Program-made: the position numbers and the translations under genes
Shown: positions 46,307 through 57,231 of the stretch, in pieces
How the letters are laid out: every line of letters begins with the position of its first letter
Position numbering within the stretch: the stretch's first letter is position 1
Source of the DNA: an uncultured Candidatus Saccharibacteria bacterium
GTDB taxonomy: Bacteria > Patescibacteriota > CALEFQ01 > G965231055
Reading direction: 5' to 3'
Assembly: GCA_965231055.1 (NCBI GenBank)
Contig: OZ246411.1
Span: forward strand, 601,875-665,874
Length of the DNA stretch: 64,000 bases
The notes under the pieces: model-generated
What the model saw: only the letters and a program-made list of their open reading frames with translations
The model's database searches: none
What the model was told of the DNA's origin: nothing

Positions 46307-47634
46307 AAAAAGTATTGATTATAGCTTTGAACTTTCCACCAGGCGCAGCGGGCGTTTCTATTATGCGTGCTGTAAAATTTACCAAATATCTTCCTGAGTT
46401 TGGCTATCAGCCTTATGTTCTTACGGTAGATCGTAAATCCACGGAGAGTGAAAGCGAGATTATGAACGAAATCAAGCATGCCAAAATTTACACTACGAAA
46501 AGCATGAAAATGTTTGATATGGAAAAAAATATTCGTCTTTCGCTTGGAGAAACCAAGACCAAGGCCAAAAACACAGCACAAAAAGCCAAGCTCTCTAAAA
46601 CCATAGAAGCAGTTGCTAAATATATTGAAAGCTTTTTATTTGTTCCTGATAGAAAAATCTTGTGGAACAAAAGAGCATTCAAAAAAGCGTGTGAAATCAT
46701 AGAAAGCGAAAAGATTGAAAATGTTTTTATTACTTCGCCACCAAATAGCACGCTCATGGTCGGAGTTAAACTAAAAAAGAAATATCCTCATTTGAATCTA
46801 ATCTCTGACTTGAGAGATGGATGGACTTCATGGATAAATTGTAAATCCGCAACCCCAGTACATAGACTCATCAACTTAGCTATGGAAAAAAAGATGGCTA
46901 AATATTCAAATAGCATTGTTACTGTGACACCACCAGTCACCGGATACCTCAAAGATTTATATGGCAATCCAAATACATTTACTATATACAATGGTTTTGA
47001 CACGGAAGATGTTGTGAAAAACCAAACTCAAACCAAAAACTCAAAATTTAGTATAGTATACCTTGGGTCGCTTCGTGATTTTCAAACTGGAAAAATGTTT
47101 TATCAAGCGCTAGGAGAACTACTCAAAGAAAAACCAGATCTTAGAAATAAAATTTCCGTAGATTTTTACGGAAGACTGTCTCCCAGTGAAATAGGATATT
47201 TTGAAACTTATGGGATAGGGGAAGTAGCGAAATACAGAGGATTTGTTCCGCACAATGTCGGCATGCAAAAGCTTACAGAGGCAGATGCGCTTTTGCTAAT
47301 ACTTATAAAAGAGGGAAATTCAAATACAATAATTCCAGCCAAGCTTTTTGAGTATCTTTCGGTGCAAAAACAAATTCTATCAATTATTCCCGACGGACCA
47401 GCAAAAGATATAATTGAAGAGCTTGAAGCGGGACAAATAGCTGATCCAAAAAATATTAGTGGTATAAAAAAAGCTATACTTAGCATGTATAGCAAATGGG
47501 AAAATGGGAAACTTTCAGCCAATATTCCTTATGAGAAAATTGCAAAATATGACCGCAAGAACCTGACAAAAAAACTATCTTTACTACTTGATAAGGATTA
47601 TAGCGCTTTCAAGAAGTACAATTCAGAGGAATAA
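46303..47634 (+). CDS. GT4-family glycosyltransferase (start corrected to an ATGA overlap)
   Basis: The N-terminus MKKVLIIALNFPPGAAGVS matches a GT-B fold. The EX7E motif is degenerate. Confidence 0.65.
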   Translation: MKKVLIIALNFPPGAAGVSIMRAVKFTKYLPEFGYQPYVLTVDRKSTESESEIMNEIKHAKIYTTKSMKMFDMEKNIRLSLGETKTKAKNTAQKAKLSKTIEAVAKYIESFLFVPDRKILWNKRAFKKACEIIESEKIENVFITSPPNSTLMVGVKLKKKYPHLNLISDLRDGWTSWINCKSATPVHRLINLAMEKKMAKYSNSIVTVTPPVTGYLKDLYGNPNTFTIYNGFDTEDVVKNQTQTKNSKFSIVYLGSLRDFQTGKMFYQALGELLKEKPDLRNKISVDFYGRLSPSEIGYFETYGIGEVAKYRGFVPHNVGMQKLTEADALLLILIKEGNSNTIIPAKLFEYLSVQKQILSIIPDGPAKDIIEELEAGQIADPKNISGIKKAILSMYSKWENGKLSANIPYEKIAKYDRKNLTKKLSLLLDKDYSAFKKYNSEE

Positions 47635-49343
47635 CCAAAATCAAAACTGAAATCAGCTATCTTTTCGGCAGCGATGCCGTTTTTTGTTATCGGATTTTCT
47701 GGCTGAATCAAAAGCTCGGGGATTAGAACATTATCAATCCAGATGTAAATATTTTCTTTGTTTGAGGCTTCAACTATCTTTTTCATATCTTCGATGCTGT
47801 AGGTATCCGGGATTTCCCTGAAAGGTATTTCTGTATACGCCTCAATGGTGGCACCAAATTCTTTGTAGCTACTATATGGCGCTAGGTGAAGTATTATAGA
47901 ATTGTCTTTATCTATTTTATTGGGTAGATTCATGATTTTATCAAAATCATTTTCTGAAATAGCTCTATATGTGAGTGTATTGAGATCTCTTTTGGCAAAT
48001 ATCATGCCTGCAGGATACGTTCCTGAAATCAAAAGTAATATCGCTAAAACTCCTATTACAATAGCTCCTTTCTTGGTACCTAGGAATTTATGTACGGAGA
48101 ATATGAGATAAACAAGGCCTGTCGCAAATATTATAGAATATGCTGGGAGTGCGGGAATGAGATACCTGTCATATGGATTGATCCAGAATGAGTAGAACAT
48201 AAAGCACGTGAAAAACCACAAGCCGTTAATGAGTAGCGCTTTTTTATCCTTAAAAAATAAAAACAAAAGACCTATGATGAATACAAAAAAAGCATAAGGG
48301 AAATTGATAAATCTCTCGCCAATGTCGTGATAATAAACAAAGAATGATCCTTCACCAGTCCTGTATTTACCTTGGTTATTTAAAAAGTTTTTTAGCTTCA
48401 GGCCCCTAGCATCAAGCATGTTTGATGAAGAGATTATTCCAGATTCTGCTTTTGCAGTATACTCACTATTTGAAAACCCAAGCACTCTTTGATCTTGTAT
48501 TCTTTTATTGTTTATTAGTGTAGGAGTGATAGCAATACTAAGCCCAATTACAAAAACTAAAATAGAAACAATCAGCGCGCGATTTCTATGTGTTTCCAGA
48601 ACCTTTTTTCTATAAAGTAGGTCCAAAAAATAGACAAGAAAAAGTGCGACAACAGATATAAAAATAAAATTGGCACTTCTGATATTTATATTGAACCCAA
48701 ATGATAGGGCAGATACAAATAAAAATACGAGGGCACTGATAATTTTTTGCTTTTTTATATGATCTAAAAACAGTATTAGAAAAATGAAAGAAAGAATCAG
48801 GAAAAACACAGTAGGAGTTTCGGTCATCGGCTCTCCTACGGAATATTTAAAAGTAAGGTTGCTAAACCCATAAACAATCGAGGCGACTAAACCCACGAAA
48901 ACTTTTAGCTTTAGCCTTGGTAAAACAAGGAGAGATATCAAGTACACACCAACAACATTGAACGCTGAGAGTAGGGGAATAGCGAGTGTCATGCCACTAA
49001 TGCTACCCCAGATCCTTGCTGGTATTCCGAGTATTATCGCCATGCCTACAGAATAGCGGTTCATTAAAAACCCCTCACTACTCAACATCGTATAGCGCTT
49101 GGGTGTAAGTATTTCATCTATTTTGTCTGTTGGAAATACTGTGGCTAGGTTTTTTGCGAACTCATCTTGAAAAACTAGGGGTTCTCCTTTGTAAAACTTC
49201 ATTGCCGAAGCTACATATCCTATTGAATCACCTCCCCATGGTCCATATCCATGAAAACTAAAAAAGAAAAATGCAGATATTGTAAATATCGCAATTGGTA
49301 TAAAAAGATAAATTATCAGATTTTTGGTTTTAGTTTTGAGCAT
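47598..49343 (-). CDS. GT-C-like polytopic membrane glycosyltransferase with a C-terminal soluble domain
   Basis: About 11 TM helices, then a ~230-aa domain. First-loop acidic residues (GGDSIGY). Confidence 0.4.
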   Translation of the reverse strand: MLKTKTKNLIIYLFIPIAIFTISAFFFFSFHGYGPWGGDSIGYVASAMKFYKGEPLVFQDEFAKNLATVFPTDKIDEILTPKRYTMLSSEGFLMNRYSVGMAIILGIPARIWGSISGMTLAIPLLSAFNVVGVYLISLLVLPRLKLKVFVGLVASIVYGFSNLTFKYSVGEPMTETPTVFFLILSFIFLILFLDHIKKQKIISALVFLFVSALSFGFNINIRSANFIFISVVALFLVYFLDLLYRKKVLETHRNRALIVSILVFVIGLSIAITPTLINNKRIQDQRVLGFSNSEYTAKAESGIISSSNMLDARGLKLKNFLNNQGKYRTGEGSFFVYYHDIGERFINFPYAFFVFIIGLLFLFFKDKKALLINGLWFFTCFMFYSFWINPYDRYLIPALPAYSIIFATGLVYLIFSVHKFLGTKKGAIVIGVLAILLLISGTYPAGMIFAKRDLNTLTYRAISENDFDKIMNLPNKIDKDNSIILHLAPYSSYKEFGATIEAYTEIPFREIPDTYSIEDMKKIVEASNKENIYIWIDNVLIPELLIQPENPITKNGIAAEKIADFSFDFGYSSELYFLKAL

Positions 49344-50412
49344 GTTTTTTGAAAACTTCTATATATCTACTCGCTATTTTTTTCCAATCATAAAGATTTG
49401 CTACTTTATCTGATGCATTTCTTCCAAATATTCTTGTCTTTTCTGGATCAGATGAAAGTGAATTGATTTTATTGATATACTTATCGGCGTTTTCTGATTC
49501 AATGAGAAATCCCGTTTCATTGTCTAGCACAGCATCCTTTAGTCCCTCGATATCCGACGCAACTACTGTGAGTCCGGCGAGCGCAGCTTCTATTGCGGTA
49601 ATACCAAATCCCTCCTGATCTCCTTCAACTTTTATGTTTGGCATCAAAAAAATATCAGCTACTCTATAAGCTTCGTTTCTAGTTTCATCGTCCACTCTTC
49701 CACACAAAACTACTTTATCTTCTAGTTTGTGTTTTGATATAGCATCTTGAATATTTTCTCGATCCGTACCATCTCCAATCACAAGATAAATAAAATTATC
49801 ACCCAGTTTTGGTAAAACATTATCAATAAACCACGCTACACCCTTGCGCTTAACCAATCTTCCCACTGTAAGCAAAATAGTTTTGCTTTTAAGATCTCTA
49901 TTTAGTTTTTTGCTTAGTGATTCTAATGCCAATCTTTTTTCATCGTCAGAAAAATCAAATGCAAAAAAATCTTTTTCTATTCCATTTGGGATTATGGAGA
50001 TTTTTTGTTCGTCGATTCCTGCAGTTATACAATTGGTTTTTGTTTCTTTGCTTACTGTAGTCACAAAATCTAGCTTTTTCATCGCAGGCCTATTCACTAA
50101 CTTAAATATAGGGTTTTTATAGGTCACCTCTAGTCCATGGATAGTCGCACCTATTGGTTTTCTGGTAAATACTTTAAGGGCCCATGCTATTGGCGCAAGT
50201 ACACCATCTGAAACATAGATCAGATCAAACTTGTGAGCGATAAAAAGTGATTTAAAGAATGCGTAAGGCACAAACCAAATAAGGTGTATCTGCGATTTTT
50301 TGAGAGCAATCAAATACTTTTCGCAATCTAGGTTATTATAAAGACCGAAGGCATGTCTTTCCATGCCTCCGACTTGGGGAGGAAATTTGCGGGTTATAAA
50401 TAGGGCCTTCAT
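49330..50412 (-). CDS. GT4-family glycosyltransferase
   Basis: The segment EGFGITAIEAALAGLTVVASDIEG contains the EX7E motif. Confidence 0.8.
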   Translation of the reverse strand: MKALFITRKFPPQVGGMERHAFGLYNNLDCEKYLIALKKSQIHLIWFVPYAFFKSLFIAHKFDLIYVSDGVLAPIAWALKVFTRKPIGATIHGLEVTYKNPIFKLVNRPAMKKLDFVTTVSKETKTNCITAGIDEQKISIIPNGIEKDFFAFDFSDDEKRLALESLSKKLNRDLKSKTILLTVGRLVKRKGVAWFIDNVLPKLGDNFIYLVIGDGTDRENIQDAISKHKLEDKVVLCGRVDDETRNEAYRVADIFLMPNIKVEGDQEGFGITAIEAALAGLTVVASDIEGLKDAVLDNETGFLIESENADKYINKINSLSSDPEKTRIFGRNASDKVANLYDWKKIASRYIEVFKKHAQN

Positions 50413-51365
50413 TATTTATTCTCTTTGTTTGAGTATTGAGTCTTTTTGATTCTATAGTTTACTTCCTCTATGAGCTTTCTGTTCCAACCCACGGCGCTAG
50501 CAACTAGTCCCAAAAGCCCCACCTGAAAACCGATTGTCATGAGCGCAGATCCAAGTACTAGTGACTGGATGTGCCCAGTACCACCACCTGCAAAATAAAA
50601 ATACAAAAATCTTATAGCTGGGATTAGACCGATGATAAATATTATTACGCCAGCGATTCCAAAAACCTTTAGAGGTTTATACAAAATCATGGTTCTAGCA
50701 ATAACGATAAGTGATTTCTTTATGTGATTCCTGATGCTTTTTATGAGTCGAGATGGCCTTTTCACGGCTCTTGCCAAAATAGGCACTTCCAAAATTCTAA
50801 GATTTTGATCAGCCGACTGAAAAAAAGTTTCGTGAGTATAGGTGTGATTTGAAAGCACATTGAGTTTTAGTGCTGATTCCCTGGTATAAGCTCTAAATCC
50901 AGTTGAAACATCAAGTGGGGGTAATCCGGCAAGCCAGCAAACCAAACGACTTCCCATCATGTTTCCGTATTTATTGGCTTTTTTCATGTGCTCAAGCTTT
51001 TCTATCATTCTTCCTCCAACCACAACATCAGCGAGTCCCTTTACTATTGGCTCAATCAGTTCTGGGATTTTTGACTGGTCGTAATGATTGTCTCCGTCAG
51101 TATTTACAATAATATCAGCGCCCGCTTCAAGCGCCTTTTCTAGTCCCTGCTTAAACGTAGTTGCAAGTCCTTTGTTTATTTTTCTATCAACAACGTGATC
51201 TGCTCCAGAGTTTTTGGCAATTTCGACAGTCTTATCTGTAGAACCATCGCTTATCACAACTACTTCCACGCTATCAATTCCGCTGATTTGTCGAGGAATT
51301 TCTTTGATAACCGCCGCTAGGTTTTCTTCCTCATTAAAACAAGGTATAGTTACTATTAGTTTCAT
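50412..51365 (-). CDS. GT2 polyprenyl-phosphate hexose synthase (DPM1/ArnC/GtrB-like) with two C-terminal TM helices
   Basis: Core IVTIPCFNEEENL and DGSTD, plus the DxD motif in NTDGDNHYD. Two C-terminal TM helices. Confidence 0.8.
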   Translation of the reverse strand: MKLIVTIPCFNEEENLAAVIKEIPRQISGIDSVEVVVISDGSTDKTVEIAKNSGADHVVDRKINKGLATTFKQGLEKALEAGADIIVNTDGDNHYDQSKIPELIEPIVKGLADVVVGGRMIEKLEHMKKANKYGNMMGSRLVCWLAGLPPLDVSTGFRAYTRESALKLNVLSNHTYTHETFFQSADQNLRILEVPILARAVKRPSRLIKSIRNHIKKSLIVIARTMILYKPLKVFGIAGVIIFIIGLIPAIRFLYFYFAGGGTGHIQSLVLGSALMTIGFQVGLLGLVASAVGWNRKLIEEVNYRIKKTQYSNKENK

Positions 51366-51434
51366 AGTGAGTTTTAATTAATACTAAAATAGTATACAAT
51401 TTTATACCCTTAATTTCAAGTAAAATCTATTATT

Positions 51435-52388
51435 ATGAAAACTTATTTATTGACAGGGGGAGCGGGCTTTATCGGATCAAATCTAGCAAAAAAACTATTA
51501 ACCCAAAAAAACGCAGTTCATGTTTTGGACAACATGAATGATTATTATGATCCAAAGCTTAAAAAAGCAAATCTTGAAGAGTTAAGTAAATTTAAAAGTT
51601 TCAGATTCACCAAGCTAGATATTAGAGATGCTAAGGCACTCACCAAAGCTACAAAAGGAAAAAAATATGACGCCATAATCCATTTGGCCGCGAGGGCAGG
51701 AGTCCGACCATCTATCGTAGATCCTTTGCTTTATTCGACTACGAATGTTGATGGCACGGTGAATATGCTAGAGATCGCAAAGACACTTGGAGCTAAGAAA
51801 TTCATCTTCGCTTCGTCTTCGTCAATTTACGGAAACAACAAAAAAGTACCATTTTCAGAAAAAGATAATGTGGATTTTGCTATTTCTCCATACGCTGCCA
51901 CCAAGAAAGCGGGAGAAGTGATATGTCATGTTTATCATAGTTTGTATCAAATCAATATCACTTGCCTGAGGTTTTTTACAGTTTATGGTAGGGCAGGAAG
52001 ACCCGATCTCGCGATTGCCAAATTTACAAAGCTCATAGATGAAGGAAAACCGATTGAAGTTTTTGGAAAAGGAGACATGAGAAGAGATTTTACATATATT
52101 GATGACATAGTTCAGGGTATTATTAAGTCCATAAATCAATGCAAGGGTTACAATATTTATAATCTAGGAGAATCACAAACCACCTCAGTTATTGAATTAA
52201 TTGATCATATCTCAAAAGCTTTGGGTAAAAAATCCAAAATAAATCACAAGCCATTACAACCAGGTGATGTCAAAATTACTTACGCAGATATTTCCAAGGC
52301 AAAACGAGAAATTGGATACAATCCCAAAACCAAGATCAAAGATGGAATTAAAAAATATGTTGATTGGTATTTGTCCAATAAAAAATAA
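51435..52388 (+). CDS. NAD-dependent nucleotide-sugar epimerase (extended SDR; a UDP-glucuronate/UDP-glucose 4-epimerase-like enzyme)
   Basis: Rossmann motif GGAGFIGSN. YAATK catalytic motif. Confidence 0.8.
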   Translation: MKTYLLTGGAGFIGSNLAKKLLTQKNAVHVLDNMNDYYDPKLKKANLEELSKFKSFRFTKLDIRDAKALTKATKGKKYDAIIHLAARAGVRPSIVDPLLYSTTNVDGTVNMLEIAKTLGAKKFIFASSSSIYGNNKKVPFSEKDNVDFAISPYAATKKAGEVICHVYHSLYQINITCLRFFTVYGRAGRPDLAIAKFTKLIDEGKPIEVFGKGDMRRDFTYIDDIVQGIIKSINQCKGYNIYNLGESQTTSVIELIDHISKALGKKSKINHKPLQPGDVKITYADISKAKREIGYNPKTKIKDGIKKYVDWYLSNKK

Positions 52389-52397
52389 TACACCAAT

Positions 52398-52433
52398 AAA
52401 ATAGCCTGTCAGCGTTGACGGGCTATTTTTTGA
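52398..52433. terminator. Bidirectional intrinsic terminator
   Basis: ATAGCCTGTC / GACGGGCTAT stem followed by TTTTTT. Confidence 0.7.
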
Positions 52434-52438
52434 AGACA

Positions 52439-53896
52439 TTATTGAGCCTTTTTCGTGCTTAAACTAGCCAGAAGCGATGTAGTATCTTTTCTTGAAACCA
52501 CTTTTGAAACAAAAAGCATAACTATGAAGCCAATAATCATACCCACATCCCAGATTATGTTTTGGTAAGCTAGATTGAACTCAACATAAATACCCAAAAA
52601 CAAAACAACCAAAGTTATTAGTACTAAAATTAGAAGTTTGGTTTTTTCATACATCACAGCATAATACTTTCTCGTGAAAAATTGGGTAAGTACAACCATT
52701 AGCACAAACGAGATTAATGTAGTTGCTCCTGCGCCCATCATTCCATATCTAGGAATAGCCCAGAGATTCATGAGAATATTTGCAATCGCAGGAACGATCA
52801 CGAGTAGAGGATAGAGTTTGGTTTTTTCTTTTATGTGTAAGCCGGGAACTAATATAAAGTGCACTCCGTACAAAACATAGGCAAAAGCAACGAGTGGTAC
52901 AATCCTATATGCTCCAGAAAATGCACTTCCCGCAAACCAAGAAAGAAAATCCTGCGCCAAAAGCGAAACTACAAGTGCTATAAAAATCCCTATCACTGAA
53001 TAATATGTCAGCACCTTGGCATAAATCTTTTTAGCATCCGCCTGATGTGATATGGAAAAATAGACTGTGGGCCATGCGAGTTGCATCGGAGCTACCAAAA
53101 GAATACTGATCAAAAACCCAACCTTGTATCCTAGTGAATATATACCCACTTCCTCTGGAGTTCTAAAAAATTCAAGCATGTATCTATCCGAAATATCTAC
53201 GAACCACATAGCTATAGAGGCGGGGATGATAGGTAGTCCAAATAACCATAGTTTCTTAAATAGCGCTTTGGAAAAACTGAAATTTGAGGATTTTATGATA
53301 TCTGGCAATAATGACAAACAAACGAGGGCATAAGAAATAAGATTTGCCCATAGTACTCCTTCTATATCAAATCCTCGATACACAACAAAATAAATATTGA
53401 ACCCCATTGCACCCAAAAATCGTATCACTGTTGTAATAGTATATTTTTTTGATTTTTCCTGAACTCTAAGGAGTGACAGGCCAAGATTCATAAACACCAC
53501 GAAGAAAGTTGAAAGCATATTTATTTTCACAAGTACCCCTAGACTAGGATTTTGAAGTATGAACTCGCCAATCTTATTCGAAAACAAAAACATCATAGCT
53601 GAAACCAGAAATGCCACAGGAATCGAAAACATAAACGCAGTGCCAACTAATTTTCGTCTCTCGTCGTCATTGGAAACATCTCTGAAATAGGTTTTCATAA
53701 GAGCAGAAGCGAAACCAAGGCCAAGCACGATAGAAACGATAGATACAAAAGTATTTAAAATCTCCAAATAACCATAATTCGCGGGGGACAAATACCTCGT
53801 ATATATCGGTATCAATATAAAAGCAACCGCACTTTGGATTGCATTACCTACGGCGTATATCATTCCGTGTTTAAATAGACGTTTTATGTCTGACAT
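52439..53896 (-). CDS. Wzx/RfbX-type oligosaccharide flippase
   Basis: N-terminus MIYAVGNAIQSAVAFILIPIYTRYLSPANYGYL is typical of polysaccharide-biosynthesis (Polysacc_synt) flippases. 14 TM. Confidence 0.7.
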   Translation of the reverse strand: MSDIKRLFKHGMIYAVGNAIQSAVAFILIPIYTRYLSPANYGYLEILNTFVSIVSIVLGLGFASALMKTYFRDVSNDDERRKLVGTAFMFSIPVAFLVSAMMFLFSNKIGEFILQNPSLGVLVKINMLSTFFVVFMNLGLSLLRVQEKSKKYTITTVIRFLGAMGFNIYFVVYRGFDIEGVLWANLISYALVCLSLLPDIIKSSNFSFSKALFKKLWLFGLPIIPASIAMWFVDISDRYMLEFFRTPEEVGIYSLGYKVGFLISILLVAPMQLAWPTVYFSISHQADAKKIYAKVLTYYSVIGIFIALVVSLLAQDFLSWFAGSAFSGAYRIVPLVAFAYVLYGVHFILVPGLHIKEKTKLYPLLVIVPAIANILMNLWAIPRYGMMGAGATTLISFVLMVVLTQFFTRKYYAVMYEKTKLLILVLITLVVLFLGIYVEFNLAYQNIIWDVGMIIGFIVMLFVSKVVSRKDTTSLLASLSTKKAQ

Positions 53897-53993
53897 ATTC
53901 GGTTTTTAGCTAAAATCAAAGCTTTGCCATTTGACAATTTCGGTTTGATTATATCCTAAAATCAGATATAATTACAACTGAATTTCATATTAC

Positions 53994-55136
53994 ATGGTTT
54001 TATTCATCACCAATTATTTTCCGCCCCAAAAAGGGGGTATGGAATATACATACGGAAAGCTAGCAGAACTTTGCGACAATAAAAAGTTTATTTTTTTAGT
54101 TTCTTCAAATACTGAAAAAACTGGTGAATTAAAATTATCAGAAAATATAATCCGAACAAAACTTATCACAAAATTTAGGCCGTGCCTTGCTCCTATGGAA
54201 AAAACTACTGAAAAGCTAATCCGCGAAAAAAGTATTAATCATATCGTAGCAGGGGAAGTGATGCTGGGAGGTCAAGTAGCTCTAAAACAGAAAATAAAAA
54301 ATAAAATTGAGTATTCAATTTTTGTTCATGGAATGGACCTAAGCCTTCCCCAAACCAAATTCACCAAGCTTTTTCCCATTATTAAAATGGTTCAGAAAAA
54401 AAAGCTAACTAAAATATTATCAAATGCAAAATACATCATCGCAAATAGCTCTGCCACAGCCAAGATAGCACTAGAAAAAGGCGCCAATCAAAACTCCATA
54501 AAAATTCTCAATCCATCCGTAGATGAACCAGCAATACCAGATTCATCTCATATAAGCGAAGTGAAAGCAAAATATAGTTTGGAAAATAAAAAAGTTTTGC
54601 TCACGGTGGGAAGATTGGTTTCCCGAAAGGGTCAGGATTTTATAATCAAAACACTTCCAATTCTCATAAAAGAATTTCCTGATTTAGTATATGTAATAGT
54701 CGGTGAGGGTGGATACAGAAATCAGCTTGAAACACTCGCTAGATCACTAAACATTCAAAACAAGGTAATCTTCACTGGCAAAATCTCTAATGAAGATAAA
54801 AATGCACTTTTGGCAATATCCGACATATTTACAATGATTAGTAGAGATGAAAAGGGCGACATAGAGGGCTTTGGGATGGTTTACCTTGAGGCTGGCTGGC
54901 TAGAAAAGCCAGTTATTGCAGGAAATAGCGGAGGAGTGCCTGACGCAGTAAAAGACGGATACAATGGCTACCTAATTGATCCTGATAATCCAAGTGAATT
55001 CATCGAAAAAGCACGTCTGCTACTAAAAAATACTGAACTCGCAAAAACCATAGGCAAAAACGGTAGAGAATGGGCGAAACGATTTACTTGCCAGGTGCAT
55101 GCACAAAAATTCCAAGAAATTTTTAAAAAATGCTAA
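53994..55136 (+). CDS. GT4-family glycosyltransferase
   Basis: The segment GFGMVYLEAGWLEKPVIAGNSGG contains the EX7E motif. Confidence 0.8.
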   Translation: MVLFITNYFPPQKGGMEYTYGKLAELCDNKKFIFLVSSNTEKTGELKLSENIIRTKLITKFRPCLAPMEKTTEKLIREKSINHIVAGEVMLGGQVALKQKIKNKIEYSIFVHGMDLSLPQTKFTKLFPIIKMVQKKKLTKILSNAKYIIANSSATAKIALEKGANQNSIKILNPSVDEPAIPDSSHISEVKAKYSLENKKVLLTVGRLVSRKGQDFIIKTLPILIKEFPDLVYVIVGEGGYRNQLETLARSLNIQNKVIFTGKISNEDKNALLAISDIFTMISRDEKGDIEGFGMVYLEAGWLEKPVIAGNSGGVPDAVKDGYNGYLIDPDNPSEFIEKARLLLKNTELAKTIGKNGREWAKRFTCQVHAQKFQEIFKKC

Positions 55137-56356
55137 ATACCACACAAAATCACAACGAGAAGAAGCGAGATCTGGTGATTTTTAGTATGGGTAATTTTAT
55201 TGACTGGCCACCTAATGGGTTTTTCGTTACAAGAAATTATCACATACTTCAACAACTCAAAAAAAGCGAAAAATTTGGAAAAATTCTTGTAATTGATTTT
55301 TTACCATTTGATCTAAGAAAACAGCTTCGTACTTTTATCAAAGTCATACCCGCGATGCATAAATACAAAAATGTAAAAAACTTTTCACTATCGTCATTGA
55401 AAGAAGTAGAGGATGGTAAAGTCTTTGTTTACACTACATGCAGAAACATCCTAAATCCATATGACACTGAAATAATAAAAGAGCAGATAAAGAATTCCGA
55501 AAAGCTTTTGGGACTAAAAAACACGGTACTATGGTCATATCATCCTTTTTCAGCTGAGTTTTTCGAATCAAATGAATATAGCTACAAAATCTTTGATGCG
55601 GTTGATGATTGGACCAAGCACGACATACACACCAAAAATAAATCAAGGATAATGTATGCGTACAATAAAATCTCAAAAAACGCAGATACTATTTTTGGAG
55701 TTTCAGAAGAAGTGATAAAACTATTTAATAAGAACGCAAATACAAATTGGATACCAAACGGCGTGAATCTCGATCATTTTATGGGCAAAAAGAATCCTCC
55801 AAATACAGAACACAATGAACCCGAGTTTGTGTCAGAGGTCAAATCATTCAAAGGATCAAGAGTGGGGTATCTTGGTATTATTGAAAACAGACTGGATAGT
55901 AAGCTCATACAAACCCTTGCAAAATCAATGCCAGATATACATTTTGTATTTGCTGGAAAAGTTTTCAAAAACTTCGAAGGCAAATTTTTGGAAGAGATAA
56001 GAAACATACATTTCATAGATCAAATTGCATACAAGGATACTCCCAAATTCTTACGCTTGATGGATGTAGGAATTGTGCCACATAAAATCACAGAATTCAC
56101 CAAATCCATGAATCCTCTAAAGATCTATGAGTATCTAGCGTCAGGGATTCCTGTCGTAACCACACCCGTCGCAGGATCAGAATTATTTATTGGCAATATA
56201 TCAATAGCCAAAAATACTAAAGAATTTGAATCGCTTTTGAAAAATGCACTATCAAACAAGTCAGATCAAAACGAAATACAAAAAAGAATTAATTTTGTAA
56301 GTAAGTTTTCTTGGGATGCGCGATTTTCTGAAATGCTAACTCATATAAAACTATGA
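55130..56356 (+). CDS. GT-B (GT4-like) glycosyltransferase
   Basis: The C-terminal segment YEYLASGIPVVTTPVAG resembles the GT-B C-terminal domain. Confidence 0.6.
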   Translation: MLNTTQNHNEKKRDLVIFSMGNFIDWPPNGFFVTRNYHILQQLKKSEKFGKILVIDFLPFDLRKQLRTFIKVIPAMHKYKNVKNFSLSSLKEVEDGKVFVYTTCRNILNPYDTEIIKEQIKNSEKLLGLKNTVLWSYHPFSAEFFESNEYSYKIFDAVDDWTKHDIHTKNKSRIMYAYNKISKNADTIFGVSEEVIKLFNKNANTNWIPNGVNLDHFMGKKNPPNTEHNEPEFVSEVKSFKGSRVGYLGIIENRLDSKLIQTLAKSMPDIHFVFAGKVFKNFEGKFLEEIRNIHFIDQIAYKDTPKFLRLMDVGIVPHKITEFTKSMNPLKIYEYLASGIPVVTTPVAGSELFIGNISIAKNTKEFESLLKNALSNKSDQNEIQKRINFVSKFSWDARFSEMLTHIKL

Positions 56357-57231
56357 TCAAGTTATCAATAATCATCGTCACGTGGAATTCAGAAGAATAC
56401 ATCAAAAACTGCCTTGATGCTGTTTCTTCATCCAAGACCGATTTTGAATACGAAATAATAGTCATAGACAATAATTCATCAGATAGCACTTCAAAGATTG
56501 TCGCGTCTTCGGAATATCAAGATAAATTACATTTCATACAAAATAGTTCAAATTTAGGATTTGCTACCGCAAATAATCAAGGCATAAAAATAGCTAAAGG
56601 AGAATTTATTCTACTTCTGAATCCCGATACTCGCGTAACTGAAAACGCCATAAGTGAATTGGTTAATTGTTTTAGTACCAATAAGGAAATAGGAATAGTG
56701 GGAGGCAAGCTTCTAAACGAAGATGGTTCCTTTCAAAAAGGTACAGCTCGCAGATTTCCGAAGCTATTTGATTTTTGGATTATATTGTCAGGACTAGCTC
56801 GATTTGCAGAAAAAAAATCAAAGCGTTTTAGAGATTATATGATGTTAGCCGATGATTTTTCCAATGAAATGGAAGTAGATCAGATAATGGGCGCTAATTT
56901 GGTGTTTAAAAAATCTATCTTGAGAAAAGTTGAAGTTTTGGATGAAAAATTTCTACTCTGGTTTGAAGAGGTTGATTTTTGCAAAAGAGCAAAAGATGCC
57001 GGATACAAAATAGTTTATACTCCAAAATCAGTTATAACACATATCCAAGGACCAAGTTTCGCAAAAACTCCAAAACTAAAAAAGTTTTTTATTCTTTCAC
57101 ATAGTATTTTTAGATATTCGTGGAAACATTTGCCAAAAAGCACATTGCTCTTACTTTCACTTGCTTGGATATTGGGATTATTAGTTTCAACTTTTGTTGC
57201 TATTTTTAAAATACCAAATGAAAAATCTTGA
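56353..57231 (+). CDS. GT2-family glycosyltransferase
   Basis: IIIVTWNSEEYI...IIVIDNNSSDST and the DxD motif in NPDTR. Confidence 0.8.
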   Translation: MIKLSIIIVTWNSEEYIKNCLDAVSSSKTDFEYEIIVIDNNSSDSTSKIVASSEYQDKLHFIQNSSNLGFATANNQGIKIAKGEFILLLNPDTRVTENAISELVNCFSTNKEIGIVGGKLLNEDGSFQKGTARRFPKLFDFWIILSGLARFAEKKSKRFRDYMMLADDFSNEMEVDQIMGANLVFKKSILRKVEVLDEKFLLWFEEVDFCKRAKDAGYKIVYTPKSVITHIQGPSFAKTPKLKKFFILSHSIFRYSWKHLPKSTLLLLSLAWILGLLVSTFVAIFKIPNEKS